Origin: Mytilus trossulus
Lineage: Eukaryota
NCBI RefSeq assembly: GCF_036588685.1
Contig: NC_086376.1
Location: 79,959,630 to 80,023,629 of the forward strand
Reading direction: 5' to 3'
Length of the DNA stretch: 64,000 nt
Shown: piece by piece, positions 12,401-25,900 of the stretch
Layout: each line of letters starts with the position of its first letter
Position numbering within the stretch: position 1 is the stretch's first letter
The notes under the pieces: generated by a model
Database searches by the model: none
What the model was told of the DNA's origin: nothing
Seen by the model: only the letters and a program-made list of their open reading frames with translations
Made by a program: the position numbers and the translations under genes

Positions 12401-15400
12401 ATAATACAGTAAATTAATGTCAACTATAAGAAGCACTGGTAAGCCAAATGTGAAGCAATTCAAAGGGAAAAAAACGAATAAACGAAAAACAAATATGAAT
12501 ATAGCAGCCACAAGTAACTACCGTTGAATTACAGGCTCCTGACTTGGAACGAACTCATACAGAATGTGACGGACATCACCGTGTCACTGTTTGTGGTGTT
12601 TGTCACTGATAGAATATGTATGATCGTTGTTCTGATGGTTTTATGTTGTGTCGACTATTATATTATTTGTTTTGGCGTTTCTTTGTGGTGATTTTTCTTG
12701 TGTGTGTTTTTGCTGTATTTCTGTCACGTAGTGTTGTCATTTTAGTGATATTTTTTAACATTGCCATAAAAGCCGGAGGTTTGGCTATCCATAAAACCAG
12801 GTTCAACGCACCGTTTTATCAAGTCAGGAATGTGGCAGTTGTTATCAAATAGTGTGTGTTTATGTATTTTGGCGTTTGTTTTGTTGCATTTCAGTTTTCC
12901 TTTTATAGTTGATGTGTTTCCCTCGGTTTAAGTTTATAATCCGGATTTTTTTCCGTCTCCCAATCGATTTATGACTTCTGAACTCCGATATACTACTGTT
13001 GCCTTTATTTGAGTGATGAAATCGTCATGTAGGCCGAGACAGTGGAGAAACAGCTCAATATAAAAACAAACTGTGTGTTTCCTTCGGTTTTAGTTTGTAA
13101 CCCAAATTTGTTTTCTCTCAATCAATTTATGACTTTTGAACACAGATGATTATACTACTGTTGCCTTTCTTTGAGTGCTTAAACGAGACAGTGATGTTAC
13201 AACACAACAAAAGAACAAACTGTAAAAATCATTTGAAATTTCTTCAGGCTCATCAGGCTGGCACGACACACAATATACTAATAGAAACACAAAAACACAA
13301 ACAGTACAAGAGACAATAATTGAACGCAAACAGTTTAACCACATGCTCAATCTATATAATTCAATTAAGCAACACATAATTTAAATAACTTAGTATTCTC
13401 AAAAGTGTTTACTTTATAAATAATAAGACAACACAATTGACACAAGCGGTAATACAATTATATATTTTCACAGATCAAAATGTTTTGTTTCAAACAATGA
13501 GGATAATGATCAAAATGAACTTATTATTTAGGACAAACATTTGATTTATCTGCTATGATACAATTAATTTAAACAACGGCACGAAACGAAATACAAAACA
13601 AAATGTGCAATGCAGTTCAAATAACTGTAACTAGAATTTGAATTACCCTGTCGATGGTAGTAAAACGCATTATTTATTTTGTCTTAGTCCTTCTGTCTGC
13701 CCGTCTGTTAGTCTGTCTCGTATCACTATCACAATACACATTTTTGTCAAGGTAAAGTACCATTAAGATGCGGTCACTTCAATTTAAAATGTTCTTGTCA
13801 AAATTTTAAGTTACGGTATTGACCCCGATTTAAATGGTCAATGAACATAGAAATGAGGCAGTATGCAATAAGTATATTCTCGGGTTTAAGTTTTTGGCTG
13901 GGACAAATTACCAAGAAGTTGTAGCCATACCAACTTGAAACTGAGAAACTTTTGAAATTTGGAGCTGATTTACGAATTTACCCAGATTTCACATTTTACT
14001 GATCATATGGATATATGATAGTACAAATTTTAAAAATAAGAATATGTTCTTTTGTCGTAGAAATTAACTACAATAGTACATTCTCAAATTAAAGTTTTCG
14101 GTAATGACAGTACACGGAAAATAGTACATTCTCAATTTAAATTTTTTATAACGACAGTGCACGAAAATAGTGACTCACAATTTGATTCGACATTTTTGCA
14201 CTGAAGGAGCGTACCAGGAAACCACAATACTTATTTAATAAACAATGATGTACATTTGTGGTTTCTCACAAATCGTTTCAACTGTAACTTCTCTAATTAA
14301 ATGAGACAAATTCTGCATCTTTGATCGCTTTCTCATATTCTTCAACACAAGAGCTGCACGTGTAACGCACATTTTTTGTTATTATTAAAAACTATTATAT
14401 AATTATATCCATGTGATCCAAAAAACGATATTGGTATGTAAAACTTCCGGTAATCCATTAGCTCTTAATGTGCAACAATGTCAAATAAAATATGATTAAT
14501 TATATAGTTGTTCTATCTTTATGGCACACCATACCCGATAAAAGATACCAGGTTAATATTGCTGATAAAAAAACTACTGCATTCTTTGCCCATGAACATA
14601 AAACAAATACTGCTGTCTCTTTCAATGCCTTAGTGACCGAATGAAGATCGAAATGCAGACATTTTAATGACAAAGCCTATCATGACATAACAATGCCGAT
14701 TGCACAAGATTTGGGAAATAAGTTATAAATTAAGGAGGCTGCATGTTTCAAATGTAATCACTCTTTGCAGTCATTGCAAAGTAAAATGCATTGCTTGAAT
14801 GTTTAGCATATAGTCACATGGCATATAGCAACTAGCAGGAGTACATTACAAATTAGAATTGAGGAAAAGATGATAACTAAATACCAACCCTTTCAATACA
14901 GCCGAATTTATAACATGTAATAGACTTGAAATTTGAAACCCCTAGATGTTTTGTCAAAGAATTTTTATCATACTCTGAGAATTCTACAAACATTATCTTA
15001 ATTCAAAAGCAAGCTATTACAAGCCCGTCCGAATTGACAATTGTAAAACAAATAAAACGAGAAAACTAACGGCCGGAATTTTTTACAAAACAATAACCGG
15101 AAAACAAATATAATATACAGCAATAAATAACAACCTTTATTTACATACTGCTGAACTAAATACAAATAATATATAAGGGTAGTGAAATAAATGAGTTGAA
15201 AACTGTATTTTAGTATTGACGAAGTGTTAATTTATGTATGTAATAACAATGATAATTGCAATGATTTTATGGTTCTGGTCCTGCCTGGAATTAAATGTAT
15301 ATGATTTTTACAGAATGAAGATTATAACATATCTGTCTGAACTTTTCTTAATGTTTCATTTTTTTTCTGTTACAAATCATGATGTATTGTTTCATGTGTA

Positions 15401-17385
15401 CATGTTATGCTGCCCATCAAGGGCCCTCGATTGGAATAATAAATATTCTTATTCTTATACTATTGGATTGTAAAGTACTAGTAAGTAGTTGTAACACGTT
15501 ACAGAATTGATAAATCAACTCAAAATTAGATGTTGTTATGAGTTGTGTTTGTGGTAAGAAATAGAAAATTGAATTCAGTAATAATAAAAGTTGGAATATA
15601 AAACAAGTCAGGAAAAGAATAAAATGCGGACCACATTCTTCCTTTTCGACAATGATTTAATCTGGAAGTCTAAGAAGCGAAAATCTAAAGACTTCTATTA
15701 AAGTTTATTGTATGTAAGAAAAGCACTAGATCATTACAGGATAGTATTTGGTTGATTTTGTCTCATTCGGAATCATTTAAAAAAAAATATAAAAGACAAC
15801 AGAAACACAACTTTAAAATGTAGCACACACATAAACGAATATAATATAACAATGGTCATTTTCCTGACTTGGTACAAGACATTTTAAGAAAAGAAATGGT
15901 GGTTTGAACCTTGTTTTGTGGCATGCCAAAACCTCCCGCTTTAATGGCAATGTTAAATATAACATTGAAATGACAATATTACATGACAGGACTACAATAC
16001 ATATCAATGGGAGAACAGAAAAACACAAGAATAATAGCAAACAAAAGGTACCAGATTTAAAATTTGATACGCCAGACGTCCGTTTCGTACACACAAGACT
16101 AACCACTGACGATCAGATGAAAAAAATTCGAAGAAGTACAAATTTGAAGAGCACAACAGTTCCAAAACGTTGCGACCAATACGGTTAGGGTTTTCTGTCT
16201 GGGCTAATCGTCGAGATACTAGTGCTTTCGAATTTGACATTTTAGAACAACTTACATACACTGATCTTAATGGAATATAAGATGGATGTACGAATGTATG
16301 ACACGCCTATACAATATCAGTAAAATAACACATGTGATGCTCTTAATTTTCAGGACAAGTATTGGTCTTCTATAACCAAGCTGTACGCTGAATCTAACAA
16401 TCCAAGAAATAGATTAGAGAGACGCTTTCTTAGTACCGTTATTATGGATGTGATCTAAAGAACTAGCAAATTAGGGTTATAGTTTTTTCTACGTATCACT
16501 AAGTTCAAACCATTGTTTCGGTTTATTTTGAACGCAGATCATTATGAATGTTATTTGTTTTGTCTTTACTTCATTTACAATTATGACACGTAAGAAAAAA
16601 CAGAGCCGTTTGTAATCGGGACCTTGTGATTTTCCCGCCAATTTCCCGTCGCCGATTTTTTTTTTTCTAGTGTTGTGGAGAAATCTTAAAATGATGATCA
16701 TGATGAATTGGTGCTTAACGTTCAGTGAAAAATTGTACAGCATATCAAAAGGAGAACATTTTCATAATACATGGCCCTGATTAGTAACGGACCGACACAA
16801 TAAATCTAGATTTAAAAGGTCTATAACACTTCATAAGGTCCAGTGTGCCGAAAGGCATGTAAACAAATTCACGATAGACCGGGATTAAAATTGTGTACGC
16901 TCGTCTTGTCTCATCGGTGACCCCAAGATATAATAAACGACTTAAAAGGCGAAATAAAGTGCGAAGTTGACAGGCATTGATGACCCACGAGCAGCCGGAG
17001 AATATGCAGCTAATAGATTTTTTTCAATTTTTGATTTAGCCCAGTTGGAGATCGTACCCACGAAACCATCGAGGCGGTTGCAAACTTTAATGTTCAAAAG
17101 CCTTAGCAACAATTTAGAAATTGAAAAACAAAAAACTGGAATCGTAAAAACAAAAATAAACTTCGAAATAGACATAATACTTTCGTAGAAGCAATTAATC
17201 AATCGTAATGGCTTTTCTACAAACATAACAGCACATCTTTAGGAAACGAATATATAACCAAGAAAAATATTTTGAAATGAAAATTAAATTGAATTAAGAA
17301 ATCTATATCACTTACCTTGACGAATCTGGGATTCGACAACTGTGATAAATCCAAACATAAAAAGAAAAATACTTAAATATTCCAT
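448..17385 (-). CDS. Thrombospondin, subgroup B / COMP-like (5' part; gene continues beyond the left edge)
   Basis: Phase-consistent GT-AG exons: 17316-17385 (signal peptide [19 protein letters not shown]); 11803-11973 and 11176-11390 (LamG/TSPN-like, ADLYVNC); 9629-9962 (Pro/Arg linker); 8747-8832 and 7094-7163 (coiled coil [45 protein letters not shown], ending in CxxC); 6297-6476, 4020-4756, 2720-2857, 2000-2074, 1208-1363, 875-979 (10 EGF modules ending [23 protein letters not shown]); 448-555 (type-3 repeat [34 protein letters not shown]). Total 2445 nt with no stops. Confidence 0.92.
3386..3931. mobile_element. MITE-like element with imperfect terminal inverted repeats
   Basis: tggctagtgggtataaa (3386) matches the reverse complement of tttgtacccacgagcca (3909-3925); right end is followed by ccttaa. 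Confidence 0.55.
4020..4756 (-). CDS. Thrombospondin exon 8: tandem TSP-type EGF repeats
   Basis: Within ORF 4008..4802; repeated C..PCF.G..C.....G..CG.CP.G..G.G...C units; AG at 4757-4758, GT at 4018-4019. Confidence 0.95.
4866..5469 (-). mobile_element. Dispersed repeat family A (3' end of a Penelope-like retroelement)
   Basis: aaattgaaaatggaaatggggaatgtgtcaaagagacaacaacccgacc... recurs at 20106, 26538, 40595 and 57647, and as reverse complement ending near 21140 and 24762. Confidence 0.75.
5605..5905 (-). mobile_element. Degenerate retrozyme-like repeat (family B)
   Basis: Homologous to 7265-7950 (taccagg...tacgccagac...gggctggtgatac...gatccag); hammerhead core is eroded. Confidence 0.65.
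7298..7343 (-). ncRNA. Degenerate hammerhead ribozyme copy
   Basis: Same motif with UUGAUGA (C3U) and a weakened helix II, 133 nt from the intact copy. Confidence 0.65.
7431..7477 (-). ncRNA. Type I hammerhead ribozyme, intact core
   Basis: Minus strand: GAGCGUCA CUGAUGA GUC-UUAUGUA-GAC GAAA C-GCGC-GUC / UGGCGUA. Helix I GCGUCA:UGGCGU, helix II GUC:GAC, minimal palindromic helix III, GUC triplet. Predicted cleavage between 7438 and 7437. Confidence 0.85.
8240..8430. repeat. Dispersed repeat family C
   Basis: aaaaatactgaactccgaggaaaattcaaaacggaaagtcc...aacgaatggataacaactg also at about 19752-19858, 36030-36230 and 59745-59980. Confidence 0.7.
8950..9190. repeat. Dispersed repeat family D
   Basis: agatgtggtatgattgccaatgagacaact...ggccttcaacaatgagcaaagcccat also at about 12050-12200, 24268-24420 and (reverse) 52290-52455. 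Confidence 0.65.
15800..16210 (-). mobile_element. Composite repeat ending in a degenerate family B (retrozyme-like) copy
   Basis: ggtaccagatttaaaatttgatacgccagacgtccgtttcgtacacacaagactaaccactgacg at 16047-16111; the left part is the reverse complement of the repeat at 12700-12900. Confidence 0.55.
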
Positions 17386-20105
17386 ATTCCAAAAATATTA
17401 ACTATAAAAATCAAATGTATATTTCCATTATTATTTTTTTTAATATATTTTCTTTACTAGAACTATCTATTGAAATATTACTGAAGTTCATGAATAACTT
17501 TATTTTATGTCATTGCATTGTTTCTACTAAACGTATGAAAACACTGATACAAACACCATACATTTCTGATTCGTTGATTGGCACATTAGAATGTAAAACA
17601 ATTACACTACCTTTACATTTACCGTTAAAATTCTCTCTCCCTGCAAGCATGCACATAGATAAGAATATGTAATACGACAACCAGAACACAATAAGTTGTT
17701 GTTTTGATTGCCAGTCTTTTATTTTCTATCATAATGGCATATTAATGTAAGTGTATGCTTTGTCACCTTTTGCTGTAGCACAGACCCATATTGAATCGGG
17801 GAGGTAAAGATTAAATAATCATGCATCTACGTATACCCTAAGTCCAGAACCCGTCGCTGGTCAATAGACTCAATACATACCCGTAGTCAGGTGGGGTCGG
17901 GCCTTAAAACAAATAGCACTGTTAAAGTCAACGTTCTGTTCGAATTGTGACTGTTAAAGTCGAGTCTGTGAGTCCAAATACCCCCCACCCCACCCCTGGA
18001 AATTCCTGGCTACAGGCCTGTAATGCATATATATATTGTTTCTGGTCGTTTTAACTGCAGAATTTTATATTGACGGTAGATCTTTGGAAGTCCATCGTGC
18101 AATTGATGCACAGTTTTTTTCTAAACAATGTCTGATTTAGTGCTCGACATAATGTATAAACCACGTTTAGTTCTATAACCTTCACGTCGTCATCTTACTA
18201 GCCTATAGTAAGGCGGTATTGGCAAGTAAAAAAATAATTATACACTTGCAGCAACCTTAAAGAAAGAAATAATAACTCTGATCTAGTCTTCATTATGCCC
18301 ATCTCAAAGTAGCCTAGAGTATTCGAATATAACGGTAAATTTCATGCTGATCAAAATTTGCTCTGATGGGCAAAAGAAGAAAATCAGAACTGGTTGATAG
18401 TACCAGAGACATGTATACATGTATTTATATGTCTCTGATAGTACCCATGCTTTAAATTAGGGTTAAAAAAAAACACTGTAAGATCAAGATATTTTTTTTT
18501 TTTCGCTCATGTTAATTTCAGCAGAATTTAGATAATAGCCCTTTTCACAATGTAAGTATTATTCTATCTCTGCAGCAATGATACAGACATACTTTGATCA
18601 ATATGTAGCGTAATTTTCACGGTCACATCCAACCAGTTATAATTAAACCACAAAGCCCATCCAATGTCAAGATCCATTCATCAGTTTCTTCAGTACTTAT
18701 AGTTATCTACATATGTTTTCTTTGTAATTCTCTTATTATTGTAATAAAACAAGAATAAACATGTTTTTCATTTGAATTTTACCAGTTATGACATCAACTT
18801 CAAAATAAATATGTACCATGATCGTTTTAACATGCAAAGCAGCGTGAATACATTGGATTGTTTATCACATTTGATTAGTTTTTGAAATAAAATATCTCTT
18901 TTCTCATCCGCCTTCATGTTTTATTTTATTTAGCAATCAGTTTGCAAAGTCTTTAAATTAATATTCACGAAGACCTTTGACGAGGTCAATACCTCCTTTG
19001 GCTTTATATATTTTATCTTATGAGAATCGGTGATTTATAGACTATTCAACTACAGTATCTTTATTCATTGGCAGTTCCGTCATAGACTTTTATCATTTGA
19101 AAGCAGGTTTACCGGGTAGAGAAAAGTTTATCAAATCGTGACCTTTCGTTAATTTCTGTTCTAATGTTGGAAAATGGTATGGAAGACAGTTATGCAGCAG
19201 TTCATATGCCATTTGACAGTTTAGCTTTTACTCAATCCTTTGTTTTGTCTTTCGATTTTGAAGACTGTTCAGACTTTCTTTTCTTAAATTCACATTCAAT
19301 AATTGGCATCAGTTTGCATTGTCGACTATTAGGCAGGAACCATTTGATTTTCGGGGGGGGGGGCTATGGGTTTTGTTTTACATGAGTTCATATCATAATT
19401 GCTTGGAGATCTCTATCAACTGCTGTTAATATTTCTAAATTATTCTCAATTTTATTGAAATTAAAACTAAGTAATACCTTTAAAACTCTTCTTTTAAATT
19501 TATTTCTGGATGCTTTTGAAGGCAAAATTTTACCCACAAAATCAACATAAAAAATTGTAAAAAAACACTTGTTATATGAAGATTCTTCAATATTCATATT
19601 CCACAAGGTTTCATCAACTGTTCTTGTTTACCCTTTCCAAGCGGAACAAATAAAGAAGCTCCTCGATTACAAAAAAAGAAGGTGTCTTTTTCCAATTCAA
19701 TGGACTCACAAGCATACGTAGCACATTATCGTTCTTTTGTTTTTAAAAAAGGTAAAATCACAAAAATACTGAACTCCGAGGAAAATTCAAAACGGAAAGT
19801 CCATAATCAATTGGCATATTCAAAAGCTCAAACACATCAAACGAATGGACAACAACTGATAGGCATTGCAACAAAACAATCTGATACAATTAAACTACAG
19901 TACTATCAGTTTGAAAATACACATAATCTTTCACCCTCTACAAATATTTACAAACGAATGGGTGTTACATCAAACAAAGCACTATAACATCATTGCAGTG
20001 GTTACAGTTGTATTTAAGAGTTTTATCACTCTTAAGAGCCTCTTGTTCAATAAGCTGTCAGAAGACCTATGCTTGAACTGTGTGCATCAATATAAATTTG
20101 ATATT

Positions 20106-21140
20106 AAAATTGAGAAAGGAATTGGGACAACAACCCGACCATAGAGCAAACAATAGCTGAGGGCCACAAATGGGTCTTCAATGTAGCGAGAAACTTCCGC
20201 ACCTAGAGGCGTCCTTTAGCTTGCCCCTTAAAAAATATGTATACTAGTATGTACGCTAAAAGTGATAATGGACGTCATACCAAGGATTTGTATAGTTTCC
20301 TATACAAATGCTTGGTCATACGAAACTCCGAATTATACACAAGAAACTAAATTAAAAATGATACAAGACTAACAAAGGTAATATTCTTTACAAAGCACAA
20401 AAAATGTCAGTGTTCACCTCAAAAGCTTACAAAACCTTTAAACAGACTTATTAAGAAGGGATATAGTTACGATACTGTATCAGGTCATTAAAAATAGCGT
20501 ATTTTGGCTTTAATATTGATTCAGTTATAGGGTCTTTGCAACGGAAGTAAACACATTTATCTTTTTAAAAACAGTTTTTAACATGCCATGGGTTATGTTC
20601 TTCCGTCACATATTTTATGATAGTATGATACTAAACCCCTAACGTGAGTGAGTATGCCTGATATTCATATATATGATGGAAGACATAATCTTTCAATCAG
20701 TTTAATACAGGTCTGAAGCTGGCATGGAAGTTAACTGCTAGTAGTCTGTTGTTATTTATATATTATTGTCATTTTATTTATTTTCTTTTGTTAAATCTTC
20801 TGACATTGGACTCGAACTTCTTTTGAACTGAATTTTAATGTGCCTATTGTTATGCGCTTGCTTTTCTACATTGGCTAGAGGTATAGGGGAGGGTTGAGAT
20901 CTCATAAACATGTTTAACCCCGCCGCAATTTTGTGCCTGTCATAAGGCAGGTGCCTCTTGCATTTGTTAGTCTTGTAGGATTTTTTATTTTAGTTTCTTG
21001 TGTTAAATTCGAAGTTTAGTATGACGTCCATTGTCACTGTACTAGTATACATATTTTTAAGGGGCAAGCTGAAGGACGCCTACGGGTGCGGGAGTTTCTC
21101 GCTTCATTGAAGTTCCATTGGTGGCCTTCGGCTGTTGTCT
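20106..21140 (+). mobile_element. Penelope-like retroelement fragment with an inverted terminal segment
   Basis: 20377-20550 reads, with two frameshifts, GNILYKAQK/CQCSPQKLTKPLNRLIKKGYSYDTV/RSLKIAYFGFNIDSVIGSLQRK* (L..KGY resembles the C-terminal thumb of Penelope-like RTs). Family A sequence follows to 21140; 20106-20377 is an inverted copy of its last portion. Confidence 0.6.
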
Positions 21141-22718
21141 GCTCTATGGTCGGATTGTTGTCGCTTTGACACATTCGCCATTTCCTTTCTTAATTTTATT
21201 TATACACGTTTTCGAGCGTTCAAGATCCCCATCCTCCAAGTAAAATATTATGTTGTGAGGATTGTAACAGCAAAATATAAACCACTGTGAAAATTAGTTA
21301 TATACAAAAATATTTCGTTCCTTGAAATCTATAACGACATTACAGAAAAGGCATAGAGAACAATTTCGAAATTCGGGACAAGTATGTTGACTTTGTCGTC
21401 AAAGTATATATATAAAAAAAAAAGCATCATCAGTTATGATAGCATACCCCCAAGCCCCATCGTCTGATGGTGGTGCACAAATGACCAAAATGCAAAGTTT
21501 GTTTTAAAAGATAAAGAATATTCGGACGAAAAGATGACTGAGAAAAAAAAATCAACACACAAAGATCGACAAAACGCTTCAATTGGTATTCACTGCTTCG
21601 CTGTCATTCAAACGATATTTATACGTTAGGAAAAAAAAGATTTGTCTGAATACTCGGAATCCAAAATGTCACGTTACAAATCCAATTCATTATGTCGGTC
21701 TATATAAGGCAGAGCATCGTCATTTAAATCAAGATGATGGGGTAACATCGCAAGTGAGACATATTTGCTCCAGAGACTAAATGTTGTAGAAGTTAGAAAC
21801 TAAAGGAAAAAGTATAGTTATTGTTATTGTCTTGTATATACAAGTGCATTATTTGCCGTTGGGCTTTAAGTCGGGAAAAAATTAACCTAACAACTCATTA
21901 TTTACTTTATGGGAATAAAACCAGCAATGCATAGTCCCATTGCTATCTATGCTAAATACTGCAATTTCAATCATTCCACAGCTAGTTTAATTGTCATATT
22001 AAGTTTAAAAAAAGCGACAGTCATTTCATGTCAGACAAAGTCTTATCCTTTCTAGCTGAAAATTCCCATAAATCTCAAAATGCATTTACGAAATGGTTTC
22101 CGAAAGTTTGGTAGTACAATTACAGGTATTTCTGATCACTCATGAGCAACACAGGAAATATCCCCTCATGTTTTGTTAAATATATATATTCATTTTGTAT
22201 TCAAAAGAAATTTTCCACAAGGGTTGTACAGTCATCTCAAGTCCTAAGTTTTTATTTGATACCAAACATTTTAAATTACCGACAATATTTTATTTATTTA
22301 CACATCTATGTGTAGGAACTTTTTGTTTAAAAATGTACTACTGTCTTTCATTATGTCTTTACTATGGTATCTATTTTATAACTGAAGTAAGCATTAAAAA
22401 ATATACTTTTAAAAATTACCAAATTAATTATACGGACATGGATAGTTAACTGTACATTGCTAGAAAACTAAGAAATATTGATGCAAATGTTAAATGCGTT
22501 GTTTAGTACTACCATCAATGAATTGTATATTTGAAACCTTTCAAATGTACAATTCCTTGGTACCATAGATTTAATACGGATATTTTATCTATGTTTAGCA
22601 CAAATAGGCAGGAAATACGAGATGAACAAAATTTTAATCTTCTATTCGATTTAGTACATGAGTACTGAACGCGACAAAATGTAGAAAAATGAAAATAAAT
22701 TTCCGCAAAATAGCATTT

Positions 22719-22919
22719 GTAGCAAGGCAACAGATGAAAATAAACAAACGATTCGCAATTCTATCCGATTTCCCTTGTCACGAATATTAAATTGACGACC
22801 CCTTACAAAAGTTTAATTAATGAACCAATCATGGGATTACCCCTATTCTATTTGTGTACGCAATGAACTCGTCCACTACCTAATTGCCACCTGTGGAATC
22901 GTCCACTAAAATGTAAACA
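22719..22919 (+). promoter_or_regulatory. Candidate proximal promoter of the cyclin-O-like gene (X-box-like, forkhead and CCAAT motifs)
   Basis: gtagcaaggcaac at 22719-22731 (reverse complement GTTGCCTTGCTAC), taaacaaa at 22741, ccaat near 22825, tgtaaaca at 22912. Confidence 0.3.
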
Positions 22920-22927
22920 GTCAACAC

Positions 22928-25900
22928 ATGCCCGAAAACTTTGACGAGGCCAACGATTTGAACAAGACTCTAAATGACAAAAAAATAAATAAATTTGTCG
23001 AATTCAAACTGGAGGAGCCTGTTTACTGGTTATTGTGTGGTCTTCCTGACGATTTTCTTATGACGGACACTCTGTCCCCTTCGGTCGCTTCCATGCTGGG
23101 ACAAGTTACTGAAGATGGTGACAGCATTATTACCAGTTTAAAGACGGAACTCCTTGACGTAGATGTCGATGTCGGTATTTATGTTGATCAGGTAACTATA
23201 TGAGGATGAAATAAGAAATTAAATTTGTAAATATCAATTCACTACTATAGAAGAATTTTGTCAACAGTTTTAGTTCTAAGATCACCCTTTTTGCCATCTC
23301 GTCCGATGACAGGTGATAATGATATTATTTCTTCTGTTCTGAGAAGCAGCAATTTTGAAACTCCAAAATTGAAAAGATTATTAAATGTATATATATATTA
23401 ATAAAATTATTTTGTCAGAAAAATAGTATTGGAATAAGAATATAATTGGCGATTCAGAACGTTAATTGTTTTATGATTTTTTGCCTGAACATTTTTCTGA
23501 ATAAAATTCAGAAATTTATAAATTTTATGTAGTATGTATTTGCAATGTTCCAAAATAAAAATTGAGACCTATAAAACTTTCGATTTCATTTATTTATATG
23601 ACATTTATGCGCATGCAGCGTAAAACAAACCCCAATAAATCAATATGTATGTGTATATTACTTATATTTTCATAATCAACAATTAAAAAATCGAAGACCT
23701 CCGCACGTGTTAGAGGTTAATATTATTCACAATTTTCTGATTCAAAGTCATAAATGAATCCCTTGTTGTCCGAGATGATATGCACGACTTGTCCTTTCCC
23801 GAAATTTTCTTTCACAGGCAATCAGTGTTCTAGGTTTTAAATTAAATCAAATGAAAACGTGTCAGATATTTTTCAAGAAAATTTGGCACGAGTTTATTTT
23901 GTGCCAATCAGTATATAGTTTATGGAGTTATAAAAACTAGTTTATAGACTGGCATTTCATTTAAAGTTCAATTAGTAAATACATTTTATGGAAACAGACA
24001 TTTCTTTCAACTTTAATTCTTAGAACATTTTTCTCCAATCTTTTTTTTCTGCCATTTATTCCCTTTAATCTTTTTAATTTAGTATCACATGATTTTCTGT
24101 TCCTTATTTTTTTCCCTAATTTTCTGTTTTCGTATTTTTCTGTCTTGTGACTCTTTTTTGTCTATGTTTTTGCCTCTTTTTCTACCATCTTTTCTGCAAT
24201 TTTTGCTTACAATTCTAAATAAGAGTCTAAAATCGCATACACACACTCCATAAGTTGTTATATAAAACAGATGTGGTATGACTGCCAATGAGACAACTCT
24301 CCTCAATAGACCAAAATGACACTGAAATTAAAAACAAGGTCACCGTACACCTTCAACAATCGAGCAAAACCCATACCGCATAGTCAGCAATTTAAGGCCC
24401 GGAAATGACAATGCTAACAAAGTTTACTTTTCTACATTGGCTAAATGTACAGGGGGAGGGTTGAGATCTCATAAACATGTTTAACCCCGCCGCATTTTTG
24501 CGCCTGTCTCAAGTCAGGAGCCTCTGGTCTTTGTTAGTCTTGTACTATTTTAATTTTAGTTTCTTGTGTACAATTTGGAAATTAGTATGGCGTTCATTAT
24601 CACTGAACTAGTATTTATTTGTGATGGAGCCAGCTGAAGGACGCCTCCGGGCGCGGGAATTTCTCGTTACATTGAAGACCTGTTGGTGACCTTCTGCTGT
24701 TGTTTTTTCTATGGTCGTTGTTGTCTCTTTGATACATTCCCCATTTCCATTCTCAATTTTATTTTTATGTAACATAAACGAAAAACAACCACTGAATTAC
24801 AGGCATCTGACTTTGGACAGGCACATACATGCAAAATGTGGCGGGGATTAAGATGTTAGTGGAATGACATGTTAACGGGCATACTTTCAAACCTATCTCT
24901 CATGACCAATTATAAAACTGTATAGAAAGTTTGGGAGAATAACCAACAAAGCAACATTATTATTAGACTAAGATAATAGCCAATTTGAGTGAAAAAAGTC
25001 CCTATTATAGACGTCGCAGACAGCCTCCCACCTTTTTTCACCTAAAGAAAAGATTTCAGACTAGAGGACCAATAATATATCACTGTCATTAGTAAACTAC
25101 ATATAGAAATTTTATTAAAAAAAACCTGTGGAAGACAGGTTCGAATATTTATGATACAACCTCAGGTTTTAATGTAACCACTCCTTTGGAAGAATTCAAT
25201 GTACATATCGGCATCTAGAAAACAAGGATTTATGTGGTATACTATAAATCATTGATGGAAACAATCATGTGAAAAAATATACTTTTGTGATATCTGTGAC
25301 ATTTTAAACCAAAGGAGTAGGTCCGGTAAGGACCGATTTTGGCCTCAAATTTCAGTTTCATCTGACGAAAGATTTTGACCACTTTTTAAACACTTAAGTG
25401 TCTATTTCATTTGATTCAATTATTTTTTGTGAAAGATTTTAACTCATTAAGTCATAAAAAATGATCCTATTCAAGCTTAAATATGAAAAACCTACCAAAT
25501 ATGCGAAAAAATGTCACTTTTCAGATAGTTTTTGTCAAATATGAAAGTGGCCGCATCCGTGTTCATCCTCAATCTTTATATATGTTATGTATTATCATCA
25601 AATACAACTTCCATTTAAATATTTTGGATGAACACGAATGCGGCCACTTTCGTTTTACACGGAAACCGTCTTAAATTTAACTAAAATGCTTGAATTTTGA
25701 TGATTTCAGTAATTTAGCATGACTTAATGGTGCTAGTTCTCAATATATGTGCATTGCATTGCCAAAAACAGCCAATATTTATGTAGCAGAACCATTCTAC
25801 TATCCAATAAATAACTAAAAGTTTACATTTTCAGAATTTTGTAAAACTGCTATATTTTGGGGCCAAAAAGGGCTCTTACCGGACCTACTCCTTTGGCCAT

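Noticed and set aside
14180-14360. Possible extra thrombospondin exon or nested gene fragment
   Set aside because: The frames examined hit stops; exon 1 already joins 11973 in phase.
16256-16455. Candidate exon ending at a GTAAGT donor
   Set aside because: Both plausible acceptors give stops in the required phase.
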